A DNA stretch of 60,983 bases from Clostridia bacterium (lineage in GTDB: Bacteria; Bacillota; Clostridia; TANB77; CAG-508): assembly GCA_017511265.1 (NCBI GenBank), contig JAFWKV010000042.1, positions 1-60,983 on the forward strand, given 5' to 3'. Below, one piece after another: positions 1-10,789 of this stretch. The notes below the pieces were generated by a model. The model was not told the DNA's origin. It saw only the letters and a list, made by a program, of their open reading frames with translations, and searched no databases. Made by a program: the position numbers and the translations under genes. Position 1 is the first letter of the stretch, and each line of letters begins with the position of its first letter.

Positions 1-198
1 TAACACTAGTATTGCTAAACATTACGACCTTGTTGTCGCTTTCTTTCATTGAAATGTATTAATGAAAGGAAAGCTCCAGCCGACTACGCTTCGCTCCGCC
101 TACGCGGTCTTCATTTTTTAGCAATACTAGTGTTACTCAAGGTGATGCTTTTTCACCCAAATTCCAAAATCATAGCCCCGTCTCAAAAGACAGCACCA
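1..198. repeat. Family-C palindromic element (cut by the window edge)
   Basis: Arm TAACACTAGTATTGCTAAA (1-19) pairs with TTTAGCAATACTAGTGTTA (117-135) around a ~95-nt core nearly identical to 24105-24201. GCCCCGTCTCAAAAGACAGC (176-194) matches the outer arm of that copy. Confidence 0.85.
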
Positions 199-203
199 AA
201 TCA

Positions 204-232
204 TTGACCGTTTTTTTTTACTATGATATAAT
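204..232 (+). promoter_or_regulatory. sigma-A promoter of dnaE
   Basis: TTGACC-N17-TATAAT with extended -10 TG. Confidence 0.75.
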
Positions 233-257
233 GCACATCACAAGGGGAGGAAAAAAG

Positions 258-3200
258 ATGTCGAATTTTGTGCATTTACACATACATAGTGAATTTAGCT
301 TATTAGATGGAGCAAACAGAATAAAAGATTTACCGGTAAGAGCAAAAGAGCTAGGAATGGATGCGATGGCAATTACAGACCATGGAGTAATGTATGGAGC
401 AATAGATTTTTATAAAGCATGCAAAAAAGAAGGAATAAAGCCAATAATAGGCTGCGAAATGTATGTAGCTCCACGTTCAAGATTTGACAAAAATCCTGAA
501 CTTGACAAAAGATATAACCATTTAATTTTACTTGCAAAAAACAATGAAGGATACAAAAACCTAAGTAAACTAGTTTCCTTAGGCTTTGTTGAAGGTTATT
601 ATTATAAACCAAGAATAGATTTAGAAATATTAGAAAAATACCATGAAGGAATTATTTGTCTTAGTGCATGTTTGGCAGGTTCATTGAGCCAAGCAATATT
701 AAATGGTAATATGGAAAAAGCAGAAGAAATAGCATTATGGCATAAAAATGTATTTAAAGATGATTATTACATAGAAATACAAAATAATGGAATACAAGAA
801 CAAGTAATGGTGAACCAAAAGCTAGTACAAATAGCTAGAAAACTAGATATACCATTAGTTGCAACAAATGATGCACATTATCTAAAAAAAGAAGATGCGT
901 ACAATCATGAGATTTTATTATGTATTCAAACAGGAAAAAGAATGAGTGATCCAGACAGAATGAAGTTTGATACAGAAGATTTATATGTAAAATCTCCTGA
1001 AGAAATGTCAGACTATTTTAGCAATTTTCCTGATGCAATAGAGAATACGGTAAAAATAGCAGAAAAATGCAATGTGGAATTTGAATTTGGACATACAATC
1101 TTACCTAATTATGACGTATCACCAGAATTTGCAACCCATTACGATTATATGAAAAAATTGTGTGAAGATGGTTTAAAAGAAAGATATGGAGAAAACTTAT
1201 CTCAAGAAATAAAAGATAGAGCTGAGTATGAACTAAGCATAATTGATAAAATGGGATATGTCGATTATTATCTTATTGTATGGGATTTTATAAACTATGC
1301 CAAAAAAAATGATATACCTGTAGGACCTGGACGTGGTTCAGGTGCAGGTTCAATTTTAGCATATGCAATGGGGATAACAGATATAGATCCAATTAAATAT
1401 GGACTGATTTTTGAAAGATTCTTAAACCCAGAAAGAGTCAGTATGCCTGACTTTGATGTTGACTTTTGTTATGAAAGAAGAGAAGATGTAATAGAATATG
1501 TATCGAAAAAATATGGGTATGACCATGTATCACAAATAATAACATTTGGAACAATGTCTGCAAGAATGGTAATTCGTGACGTAGCAAGAGTACTAGACGT
1601 TCCATATGCAGATGCAGACAAACTTGCAAAAATGATACCAAATGAGTTACATATTACAATTAAAAAAGCTATTTCACAAAACAAAGAATTGGGTAGCTTA
1701 TATGATACAGACACGGAAATACACAAATTGCTAGACATAGCAATGGCACTAGAAGGCATGCCAAGACAGGCATCAACACATGCTTGTGGAGTAGTTATAA
1801 CAAAGGAACCTGTAGATACTTATGTTCCACTTTATGTTAGAGATGGACAAATATCAACTCAGTACATAATGACTACACTTGAAGAATTAGGGTTATTAAA
1901 GATGGACTTTTTAGGTCTTCGTACATTAACTGTTATAAAAGACACTATTGACTTAGTAAAAGAAAACCATGGAATAGATGTAGAATTTGATAAAGAAATG
2001 GATGACCCAAAAGTATATAAATTATGGCATGAAGGAAAATCGTGCGGAATATTCCAATTTGAAAGTCAAGGCATGACAAACTTTATGAAAGAGCTAAAGC
2101 CAGACTGTTTGGAAGACTTGATTGCAGGAGTTTCTTTATATAGACCTGGTCCAATGGATCAAATACCAAGATATATACGTGGTAAACTTAATCCAGGACA
2201 TAATGAATACACACATCCAAGCTTAGAGCCAATACTTAATGTTACTTATGGGTGTATGGTTTATCAAGAACAAGTTATGCAAATAGTTAGAGACCTAGCA
2301 GGGTATTCTTTAGGCAGAGCAGATTTAGTGAGACGTGCAATGGGTAAGAAAAAGCTTGATGTTATGGCAAAAGAAAGAGAAATATTTATACACGGACAAA
2401 CCGATGATGAAGGAAATATTGTAGTTCCTGGATGTGTGAGAAATGGAATAGAAGAAAAAGATGCTAACAAAATCTTTGATGAGATGGCAGAATTCGCAAA
2501 ATATGCATTTAATAAATCACATGCAGCATGTTATGCAGTTGTAGCATATAGAACAGCGTATTTAAAAGCCTATTATCCTGCAGAATTTATGGCTGCTACA
2601 TTAAATAGCTTCTTAGGAAACTTAGACAAAATACCTCAATATATAGACGAATGCAAGAAGCTTGGAATAGAAATATTAAAGCCAGATATAAATAAAAGCC
2701 AGACAAAATTCACAGCAAAGAATAATAAAATTCGATTCGGATTAGGAAGTATAAAAAATGTTGGTCTTGAACCAATTAATGCAGTTATAAAAGAAAGAAC
2801 AGAACACGGAGAATTTGAAAGTTTTACAGACTTTTGCGAAAGAATTTCAGATGAAGCGGTTAACAAAAAATGTATAGAAAGCTTAATTAAAGCGGGAGTA
2901 TTTGACGAATTTCCACAAACAAGAGCAACTTTATTAGCATCTTTTGAAGGAATAATTGACCAAATTCAAAATACAAAAAAGCGCGGACTAGATGGACAAG
3001 TAACTATGTTTGATTTACAGACGCCAGAAAAGGAAGAAATACAAGACATAAAATATCATTTTATAGAAAGAGAAGAATTTAATGAAAGAGAATTATTACG
3101 AGTAGAAAAAGAAATGCTTGGAATATATGTTTCTGGACATCCTTTAGAAAAATTAAGAGAACAGCTACAAAAACAAACTAATATTAATACAATACAAATG

Positions 3201-3728
3201 AGACAACTTGAAGACAATAGTGAAGATGCTACAGATAAACCTCAATTCAAAGATGGACAAATAGTGAAGTACGCAGGAATAATCAATTCAGTAAAGAAAA
3301 AATATACAAAAACAAATAAGCTTATGGCATTTATAACTATAGAAGATTTATATGGAATAGCAGAAATAATTGCATTTGAAAATACAGTTATGCAAGCAGG
3401 GGAGATATTAGTTGAAAATAACATTGTTATGGTTGAAGGAAGATTAAGCATTAGAGAAGATGAAGATACAAAAATAGTGGCTAATAAAATTTATCCATTT
3501 GGAGAACAAAAACACAAAAAATTTGTACTTGATATAACTGATTCAACTGAAGAAGAAAAAGCAAAGCTAAGAGGAGCAATAAAATTTTTTTCTGGAGAGA
3601 GAAACAATATGCCTGTATTTGTCAAAATTGGAGAAGAAGAAAAATCTTGTGGCGCAATCTATTTAACAAAACCGATAACTCAATTTTTTGAAGAAATTGT
3701 GGGAAAAGAAAAAATACAATTTGAGTAA
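258..3728 (+). CDS. dnaE: DNA polymerase III alpha subunit
   Basis: PHP motif FVHLHIHSEFSLLDG, GPGRGSGAGS, PDFDVDF, YAFNKSH. ATG at 258 follows GGGGAGG; the ORF-track start at 204 is the -35 box. Confidence 0.97.
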   Translation: MSNFVHLHIHSEFSLLDGANRIKDLPVRAKELGMDAMAITDHGVMYGAIDFYKACKKEGIKPIIGCEMYVAPRSRFDKNPELDKRYNHLILLAKNNEGYKNLSKLVSLGFVEGYYYKPRIDLEILEKYHEGIICLSACLAGSLSQAILNGNMEKAEEIALWHKNVFKDDYYIEIQNNGIQEQVMVNQKLVQIARKLDIPLVATNDAHYLKKEDAYNHEILLCIQTGKRMSDPDRMKFDTEDLYVKSPEEMSDYFSNFPDAIENTVKIAEKCNVEFEFGHTILPNYDVSPEFATHYDYMKKLCEDGLKERYGENLSQEIKDRAEYELSIIDKMGYVDYYLIVWDFINYAKKNDIPVGPGRGSGAGSILAYAMGITDIDPIKYGLIFERFLNPERVSMPDFDVDFCYERREDVIEYVSKKYGYDHVSQIITFGTMSARMVIRDVARVLDVPYADADKLAKMIPNELHITIKKAISQNKELGSLYDTDTEIHKLLDIAMALEGMPRQASTHACGVVITKEPVDTYVPLYVRDGQISTQYIMTTLEELGLLKMDFLGLRTLTVIKDTIDLVKENHGIDVEFDKEMDDPKVYKLWHEGKSCGIFQFESQGMTNFMKELKPDCLEDLIAGVSLYRPGPMDQIPRYIRGKLNPGHNEYTHPSLEPILNVTYGCMVYQEQVMQIVRDLAGYSLGRADLVRRAMGKKKLDVMAKEREIFIHGQTDDEGNIVVPGCVRNGIEEKDANKIFDEMAEFAKYAFNKSHAACYAVVAYRTAYLKAYYPAEFMAATLNSFLGNLDKIPQYIDECKKLGIEILKPDINKSQTKFTAKNNKIRFGLGSIKNVGLEPINAVIKERTEHGEFESFTDFCERISDEAVNKKCIESLIKAGVFDEFPQTRATLLASFEGIIDQIQNTKKRGLDGQVTMFDLQTPEKEEIQDIKYHFIEREEFNERELLRVEKEMLGIYVSGHPLEKLREQLQKQTNINTIQMRQLEDNSEDATDKPQFKDGQIVKYAGIINSVKKKYTKTNKLMAFITIEDLYGIAEIIAFENTVMQAGEILVENNIVMVEGRLSIREDEDTKIVANKIYPFGEQKHKKFVLDITDSTEEEKAKLRGAIKFFSGERNNMPVFVKIGEEEKSCGAIYLTKPITQFFEEIVGKEKIQFE

Positions 3729-3821
3729 ATAAAGGAGAAGATTTGCTAAAAATAATGATTTATGTTATAATATAGAGGCATTTTAATGTACAAACCTTGT
3801 CACTAACAGAAAGGATACACT

Positions 3822-4019
3822 ATGGAAGCTTATTATGCATTACTAATGTGTGGAGGAGTTAGTTTATGTTTATCACTATCTGCTTTAATCCAAGGTAAAG
3901 ATTTGCAAGCGATTTTTATGCTTATGTTTGCAATTTTATCGGCTCTTTTGGCAATCTTTTTCAAATTAGTGGAAATAAAAAAAATAATAGAGAAAAATGA
4001 TATTAATAAGTATAGTTAG
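3822..4019 (+). CDS. small two-TM membrane protein, hypothetical
   Basis: Two hydrophobic segments, RBS GAAAGGA, promoter TTGCTA-N17-TATAAT at 3743-3771. Confidence 0.65.
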   Translation: MEAYYALLMCGGVSLCLSLSALIQGKDLQAIFMLMFAILSALLAIFFKLVEIKKIIEKNDINKYS

Positions 4020-4108
4020 TTTTTCAATATGCAGTAATTGCAAAACCACTATGACAAGGGGTGGTGAACCAATAGAACCAAAGAAAATCTGACAAAAGAG
4101 AAGGGGTT

Positions 4109-4186
4109 AAAGAAGATGTCAATGGGAACGGGTTTAATTGACACAGTATTGTGTCAGTTAAACCCGTCCCCATTGACATCTTCTTT
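4109..4186. repeat. Family-A REP-like palindrome (likely also a bidirectional terminator)
   Basis: TGTCAATGGGAACGGGTTTAATTGACACA ... TGTGTCAGTTAAACCCGTCCCCATTGACA between convergent genes. Confidence 0.85.
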
Positions 4187-4196
4187 TTTTTGAAAA

Positions 4197-6806
4197 CTAA
4201 ATCCATTCTCCAAATTTTTTCATATAAATTTTTTTAGCTAATAAAGCAACAAAACAGTAAAGAATAGGGACAACAATTATAATAGATAAATATTCAATAG
4301 GCAAAGCCACCAATCCAATTAACTCACCAAGCCATGTATAAGGAACAGCTATGGCAATTAAGCTAATAAGAATTGAAGAGGCATAAACCATTGGTGAAGC
4401 GTGACTTTGTATAAAAGGTGTTTTTGCAGTTCTAATGATATGCATACCAAGCAAATTAGATACAATACTATAAGTAAACCAAATAGTTTGAAAAGTAGCA
4501 ACTTGCCTAATTCCAAATATAAACCACATACTTGCAAAAACAATTAAGTCAAAAGCTGAACTTAAAGGACCCATAAATAACATAAATCTTTTAAGACTTT
4601 GTGTATCCCATCTTTTAGGGCCTTTTATATAGTCCTCATCTACATTGTCAAAAGGTAGTGTAAGTTGACCAAAATCATATAATAAACTTTCTACCAATAA
4701 TTGTATAGGTGTTTCTGGCAAAAATGGTAAAAACACACTAGCAATTATAACTGATACAACCTCACCAAAGTTGAAGCTTGCTGCCATCTTGATGTATTTA
4801 ATTAAATTTGCAAATGTACGTCTACCTTCACGAACACCATGTAATAAAACCTGTAAATCTTTCTCTAAAAGAATAATATCTGCAGATTCTTTTGCAATAT
4901 CAACTGCAGTATCAACAGAGATGCCTACATCAGAATTGGTAAGAGAAGGGCTATCATTTATACCATCACCCATATAACCAACAATATTCCCACTTTCTTT
5001 TAAAAGTCTTACAAGTCTTGCTTTTTGAATAGGCGAAAGTTTAGCAAAAATATTATTTTTTCTTAAAAGTCTTAAAACACCTAAGTCTGGTAAATTTTCT
5101 ATTTGACTTCCAAGTATTACTTTTTTAGATTTTATGCCTACTTTATCACAAATACATCTTGAAACTTCAGCATTGTCTCCAGTTAAAACAATTACCCTTA
5201 TTCCAGAAGCATTTAATTTTTCAATTGCAACTTTTGCACTTTCTTTTGGAGGATCAAGAAAACCTATAAATCCCATTAAAACCATATTTTTTTCATCACT
5301 TACACTAAAGTTTTCTATATTTAAAATGTCATTTTTTTGACAAACTGCAACAACTCTTAATCCTTCTTTGTTTAGCTTTTTACTAATTTTTCTTATGTTT
5401 TCTTTTATATCTTTAGTTAAAGTAGAAACTTGTCCTTTATAATCAACAAGGGTAGAAATACTTAATATTTCTTCAACAGCCCCTTTAGTAATTAATTGCT
5501 TTTTAGTACCATCAGTTACTACAACTGATAATCTTCTTCGTGTAAAGTCAAATGGAATTTCATCAATTTTTTTATATCTTTTTGTATATTCTTCCATACC
5601 ATTTTCTAAGCCTCTTTTTATTACAGCTTCATCGATATTTCCTTGTAGTCCAGTTTGAAAATATGAATTTAAAAAGGCGTGTTTTAAAATACGAATATCT
5701 TCATCACCATTAATATCTAGGTATTTTTCTAATACAATTCTATCTTCTGTTAATGTTCCTGTTTTGTCTGTACATAAAATATTCATAGCACCAAAACTTT
5801 GAATTGAATCAAGTTTTTTTACAATAGTTTTTTTCTTTGACATATTTACAGCACCTTTAGACAAGCTAGATGATAAAATAACAGGAAGTAGTAAAGGAGT
5901 TATTCCAATAGCTACAGCAACAGAAAAAGTAAATGCTGTTAAAATTTCTTGTTTTGAAACATTTATTAGAAATACAAGGGGAATTAATATAAGCATAAAT
6001 CTAATTAATAGTTTACTTACACTTTCAACACCTGTCTGGAATGCTGTTTTAGGTTTTCCAAGTACTAGAGTTTTTGCTACTTTTCCAAAGTATGTATCGT
6101 CAGCAGTACGAATTATTACAGCTTTTGCTGTACCGCTTATAACATTTGTACCCATAAAACATATAGTATCTAAATCTGTTATACTTTCTATTTCATCATC
6201 TGTTAAACTGGAATTAACTTCCTTTTTAATACTATCAGATTCTCCAGTTAAAGAAGACTGACTAACATATAGGTCTTTTGCTTCGATAACTCTTAAGTCT
6301 GCAGGTATCATATCACCAGCACCTAGGACTACAATATCTCCTATAGTTAATTCTTTTATAGGAACTTTTACTTTTTTTCCATCTCTTAATACAGTTGCTG
6401 TGGTTGCTACCATTTCTTTAAGCTTTTCAGCAGCTTTATTTGAACGATATTCTTCAAAAAATTCTAATAGAGTACTTGCTAATACTAATACTGCAACAAC
6501 AATTATATTTGCATAACTTGGAACAGATGCTAATACAACGTCTGTATAATATAATACGAAAATTATTCCAAGTAATATACAGTTAAATGGTGTAAATAAG
6601 CTTGCAAAAAAATAGTGATACCATTTTTTAGGCTTGGTTTGCTTTATTTCATTATAGCCATATTTACTTATGTTTTCTTCTGCTTGAGTGGTAGAGAGCC
6701 CCTCTGTATGTACATTAAATTCTTTGATAAATTCTTCTTTTTCTAGTGTTGCTGGTCTACCATAAGCTTTGTGTACATTAAATTCTTCTTTCTTTTGATT
6801 TTGCAT
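4197..6806 (-). CDS. mgtA: Mg2+-translocating P-type ATPase
   Basis: DKTGTLT, TGES, IPFDFTRRRLSV, GDGIND, KYIKMAASFNFG. Confidence 0.9.
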   Translation of the reverse strand: MQNQKKEEFNVHKAYGRPATLEKEEFIKEFNVHTEGLSTTQAEENISKYGYNEIKQTKPKKWYHYFFASLFTPFNCILLGIIFVLYYTDVVLASVPSYANIIVVAVLVLASTLLEFFEEYRSNKAAEKLKEMVATTATVLRDGKKVKVPIKELTIGDIVVLGAGDMIPADLRVIEAKDLYVSQSSLTGESDSIKKEVNSSLTDDEIESITDLDTICFMGTNVISGTAKAVIIRTADDTYFGKVAKTLVLGKPKTAFQTGVESVSKLLIRFMLILIPLVFLINVSKQEILTAFTFSVAVAIGITPLLLPVILSSSLSKGAVNMSKKKTIVKKLDSIQSFGAMNILCTDKTGTLTEDRIVLEKYLDINGDEDIRILKHAFLNSYFQTGLQGNIDEAVIKRGLENGMEEYTKRYKKIDEIPFDFTRRRLSVVVTDGTKKQLITKGAVEEILSISTLVDYKGQVSTLTKDIKENIRKISKKLNKEGLRVVAVCQKNDILNIENFSVSDEKNMVLMGFIGFLDPPKESAKVAIEKLNASGIRVIVLTGDNAEVSRCICDKVGIKSKKVILGSQIENLPDLGVLRLLRKNNIFAKLSPIQKARLVRLLKESGNIVGYMGDGINDSPSLTNSDVGISVDTAVDIAKESADIILLEKDLQVLLHGVREGRRTFANLIKYIKMAASFNFGEVVSVIIASVFLPFLPETPIQLLVESLLYDFGQLTLPFDNVDEDYIKGPKRWDTQSLKRFMLFMGPLSSAFDLIVFASMWFIFGIRQVATFQTIWFTYSIVSNLLGMHIIRTAKTPFIQSHASPMVYASSILISLIAIAVPYTWLGELIGLVALPIEYLSIIIVVPILYCFVALLAKKIYMKKFGEWI

Positions 6807-6850
6807 TTTTTTTACCTCCTATTGCTAATTATAACACTAATAAAAAAAAG

Positions 6851-7540
6851 TTAAACACTTTTTTGATTTTTTTTATTAAGCATCCTTTCTGCTTGTGATT
6901 TTCTAAGATAAAGAGGCATAACACTATTGTAGTTTCCGCTTGAGTATGCATTTAAACCAGCTAGTCCCAACTTATAGCCAGATAAATCATTATTATTTGA
7001 AATAATGCAATCACCAAACCTTGAGCAAATAAGGTCTTTGTTGACAATAGCACCATTACCAACAAAAGTAATACCGCTATAATAATCTGTTAAGTTATCT
7101 AAAATATTATCAATATGGTCTGCCGAAAGTGGTTTAAGCAATTTATAATTGCCATTATTTAATTCAAAAATTCCACAATAGCAATTTGAATTTCTGGCAT
7201 CTATTAATGAACAAATAATTCCATCAGTATTTATGTTATAAGCTAATGCCTCAAGAGAGCTAATACCACAAGTTGCAATATTCAAGCTGTCTGAAAAGGC
7301 CATTGCAGTAGAAACACCAATACGAATACCTGTAAAAGAACCAGGGCCTTTATCACATACGATTAAATCAATATCTTTTAATTGTAAATTGGTTTCTTTA
7401 AATATTTTGTCTATAGTTGGCATTAAGCTTTCAGAATGTGTTAGACCATTGTCTAAATTTATCTCTTTTATTAATTTTGGGTCTTCTAAAATAGCAACTC
7501 CGCAAATATTACTAGATGTGTCTATACTTAAAATTTTCAT
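6851..7540 (-). CDS. tsaB: t6A biosynthesis protein TsaB
   Basis: ILSIDTS, GPGSFTGIRIG, IDAR, PLYLR; next to tsaE. Confidence 0.93.
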   Translation of the reverse strand: MKILSIDTSSNICGVAILEDPKLIKEINLDNGLTHSESLMPTIDKIFKETNLQLKDIDLIVCDKGPGSFTGIRIGVSTAMAFSDSLNIATCGISSLEALAYNINTDGIICSLIDARNSNCYCGIFELNNGNYKLLKPLSADHIDNILDNLTDYYSGITFVGNGAIVNKDLICSRFGDCIISNNNDLSGYKLGLAGLNAYSSGNYNSVMPLYLRKSQAERMLNKKNQKSV

Positions 7541-8004
7541 ACCAATTCCTCCATATTAATACTATTTCCAAAATTCTCTATATTTAGAATTCGGGTATTT
7601 TCCTTTTCAATATTTTTTTCAAATGTAATTTTTATATATTTTTCTGGCAAAGCATCTTCAATTATTTCACCCCATTCAATAATGCAAATACCATTTTCAA
7701 AATATTCTTCTCCACCAATTGCATAAAATTCATCACTATTTTCAAGCCTATAAACGTCAAAGTGATAAATTGTAACATTTTCGTTTTTATATTCATTAAC
7801 TATTGTAAAGGTAGGGCTTGAGATTTCATTTTCTAAACCAAAGTACGACAAAAAACCTTCTGTAAATTTTGTTTTACCAGCTCCTAATTCGCCAGTTAAA
7901 ACTATAACATCACCTTTGGTTAATTTTGAAGCTAACTTTTTAGCAAAATTTTTAGTCTCTATTTCTGAATTTGAAATAAATTTATATTTAGACAATATAA
8001 TCAA
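7537..8004 (-). CDS. tsaE: t6A biosynthesis ATPase TsaE (start may be TTG at 7995)
   Basis: GELGAGKT, SPTFTIVNEY, HFDVYRL, IEW. Confidence 0.95.
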   Translation of the reverse strand: MIILSKYKFISNSEIETKNFAKKLASKLTKGDVIVLTGELGAGKTKFTEGFLSYFGLENEISSPTFTIVNEYKNENVTIYHFDVYRLENSDEFYAIGGEEYFENGICIIEWGEIIEDALPEKYIKITFEKNIEKENTRILNIENFGNSINMEELV

Positions 8005-8060
8005 TCCTTTCTACAGCAATATTTTACAGCAATTTTACTAATTTGTAAATAATAAATTAA

Positions 8061-8094
8061 ACCAAAAAAGAGTGATTAATCACTCTTTTTTGGT
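8061..8094. terminator. perfect 34-bp palindrome, probable terminator
   Basis: ACCAAAAAAGAGTGATT|AATCACTCTTTTTTGGT just downstream of the minus-strand orphan gene. Confidence 0.7.
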
Positions 8095-8108
8095 AGAACA
8101 ACTAAAAA

Positions 8109-8789
8109 TTAGCAAATATGAAGACATTCTATGGTAGCTATAGCATCACCAAATACTTTGCGTACACAGGTCTTGTCTACACATTCTGCAAAATATTTGA
8201 GCTGATCTATAGAAAAGCAAATCCTACACCTATAAGGATCAATGTTTATACTTTCAAGCTGTTTAATTTGAATACTGAAAGTACTATAAATAAAATTGTC
8301 TCCTTCTTCTTGCTCTCTAGTCCACAATTCACCTCCATAGAACTCGATACATCCATGCATTGAAAGAAGCTCAGTAAGTATGCTGTAATACCTATTAGAA
8401 AATGGACAAATTTCCTCGCTTTCAGAATTGCAGGTAAGAATTGGTATATCATGCCAATCTTTTTGTTCAAAGCCACATTTATGTGCTAGGATTAATACTT
8501 CTTCCCAAGTTTCATCACATAGATGAAGGATAATAGTATCAGTAAGTATTAATGAGTAATTAACAGGTTCTAAAACAAACTCTTCTCCTTTACTAAAAGT
8601 TGCAATAGTTTCTTCAATTTTATTTGTTACTGAATCGAGCATTTCCTTCCTTAATGCACTAGCAATGTTCTTTTCTAAGGTTTTCTTTAGAACGTGACAT
8701 GGAATGAAAAATGGATATTCTTTGTTTAGGTCTTTTATGGATTCTTCAAAAATTGTTTGTAAGAATTCATGATTACTAGTTTTTTGCAT
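8109..8789 (-). CDS. hypothetical protein
   Basis: 226-aa ORF, RBS AGAAGGGA, minus-strand promoter TTGACA-N17-TATGCT at 8859-8831; no recognisable motif. Confidence 0.7.
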   Translation of the reverse strand: MQKTSNHEFLQTIFEESIKDLNKEYPFFIPCHVLKKTLEKNIASALRKEMLDSVTNKIEETIATFSKGEEFVLEPVNYSLILTDTIILHLCDETWEEVLILAHKCGFEQKDWHDIPILTCNSESEEICPFSNRYYSILTELLSMHGCIEFYGGELWTREQEEGDNFIYSTFSIQIKQLESINIDPYRCRICFSIDQLKYFAECVDKTCVRKVFGDAIATIECLHIC

Positions 8790-9055
8790 AGTTGTCCCTT
8801 CTACATAGATGTTTAATAAAACATACTAAAAGCATACCATATTTACATAATATTGTCAAGATATTGAAAGCATCTTAAGATTACAAAGAAAAATAGTGTT
8901 ACTATTTATATGTCAACATTTAGGCGGAAATAATTACAATCTAGTCTGAACAGTAACAAAATTATGAATTTTATTTTAGAAAGCTCTTTCAATTTTACTA
9001 AAAAAATGATAAAATAAACAATATTTGCATATTTTTATGCTAAAGGAGGCAAACA

Positions 9056-10789
9056 ATGATAAAAACACTTGCAAAATCAATAAGAGAATATAAAAAACAT
9101 ACCATCCTAACACCAATATTTATGGTATTTGAAGTAGGATTTGAAATTGCAATTCCATTCTTACTATCAATTTTAATAGATCAAGGAATTACAAACAAAG
9201 ACTATAACACAATAATAATAGTAGGAATATGCTTAGTTGTTGCAGCATTTTTAGCACTGCTATTCGGAAGACTAGGAGGAAGAACAGCAGCAGTAGCAGC
9301 AAGCGGATTTGCTAAGAACTTAAGAGAAGATATGTATAATAAAGTACAAGACTTCTCCTTCCTAAACATAGACAAATTCAGTACATCAAGCATAGTAACA
9401 AGACTAACATCAGATGTATCAAATATACAAATGGCATTTATGATGATAATAAGAGGAGCAATCCGTTCACCAATAACTATAATATTTGCATTAATAATGA
9501 CATTTACAATAAATCCAAAAATAGGATTAATATATTTAGTAGTTACTCCAATATTAGGAGGCTCACTGATATTGCTTGCTAAATATGTGCATCCAATATT
9601 TAAAAAGGTATTCAATACGATTGATAAATTAAATCGAGTAGTACAAGAAAACGTAAATGCAATAAGAGTTGTAAAATCATTTGTTACAGAAGAAAGAGAA
9701 ATAAAAAAATTTAACAAAGTATCAGACGATATTTATGACTATTTTTCTAAGGCAGAAAAGGTTATGGCATTTAATGGACCAATAATGCAAATTACAATAT
9801 ATACTTGCTTGACGTTAATATCATGGTTTGGAGCACATTTTGTAGTATCTGGAGAAATAACTACAGGCGAACTTACAAGCTTAATTACTTATGTAATGCA
9901 ACTTCTTATGAACTTAATGATGCTATCAATGATATTTGTAATGATAATCATATCACTAGAATCAGGTAGAAGAATTGTAGAATTGCTTGAAGAAGTTCCA
10001 GATATACATAATCCTGAAAATCCTATAATGAAAGTAGAAAATGGAAGTATAGAGTTTAAAAATGTAAGTTTTAGCTATGTAAATAATAAAGAAAAAGAAG
10101 TATTAAAAAATATAGATTTTAAAATAAACACAGGAGAAACAGTAGGAATAATAGGTGGTACAGGAGATGGAAAATCATCTTTAGTTAATTTAATACCTAG
10201 ACTATATGACACAACAGAAGGTGAAGTACTTGTAGGAAACAAAAATGTAAAAGATTATGATATAAAAGTTCTTCGCGACCAAGTATCTATGGTATTACAA
10301 AAAAACACATTGTTTTCAGGAACAATAAAAGAAAATTTAAGATGGGGAAATATAGATGCAACAGATGAAGAAATAATTAAAGCTTGTAAACTAGCACAAG
10401 CTGATGAATTTATAGAAAAATTTCCAGATAAATATGATACATATATAGAACAAGGTGGCAATAATGTAAGTGGTGGTCAAAAACAAAGATTATGTATTGC
10501 AAGAGCATTGCTTAAAAAGCCACAAATACTAATATTAGATGATTCAACATCAGCAGTAGATACGAAAACAGATAGCCTAATTAGAAAAGCATTTGCAGAA
10601 GAAATACCTAATACAACAAAAATAATAATAGCACAAAGAATTTCATCAGTTCAAGATAGTGATAAAATTATTATATTAAATAATGGTAAAATAGAAGCAA
10701 TCGGAAGTCATGAAGAATTATTAAAAAATAATAAAATATATCAAGAAGTATATAACTCTCAGATGAAGGGAAGTGAGGAAAATGCGTAG
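9056..10789 (+). CDS. ABC exporter, fused TMD-NBD subunit 1 (degenerate site)
   Basis: Six TM segments, GGTGDGKS, VSGGQKQR, ILDDSTS, AQR. Confidence 0.92.
   Translation: MIKTLAKSIREYKKHTILTPIFMVFEVGFEIAIPFLLSILIDQGITNKDYNTIIIVGICLVVAAFLALLFGRLGGRTAAVAASGFAKNLREDMYNKVQDFSFLNIDKFSTSSIVTRLTSDVSNIQMAFMMIIRGAIRSPITIIFALIMTFTINPKIGLIYLVVTPILGGSLILLAKYVHPIFKKVFNTIDKLNRVVQENVNAIRVVKSFVTEEREIKKFNKVSDDIYDYFSKAEKVMAFNGPIMQITIYTCLTLISWFGAHFVVSGEITTGELTSLITYVMQLLMNLMMLSMIFVMIIISLESGRRIVELLEEVPDIHNPENPIMKVENGSIEFKNVSFSYVNNKEKEVLKNIDFKINTGETVGIIGGTGDGKSSLVNLIPRLYDTTEGEVLVGNKNVKDYDIKVLRDQVSMVLQKNTLFSGTIKENLRWGNIDATDEEIIKACKLAQADEFIEKFPDKYDTYIEQGGNNVSGGQKQRLCIARALLKKPQILILDDSTSAVDTKTDSLIRKAFAEEIPNTTKIIIAQRISSVQDSDKIIILNNGKIEAIGSHEELLKNNKIYQEVYNSQMKGSEENA

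Noticed and set aside
4024-4206. Short ORFs over repeats (4024-4206, 24115-24309, 56435-56716) with MGTGLxD-like peptides
   Set aside because: They are translations of the palindromic repeats and have no RBS.
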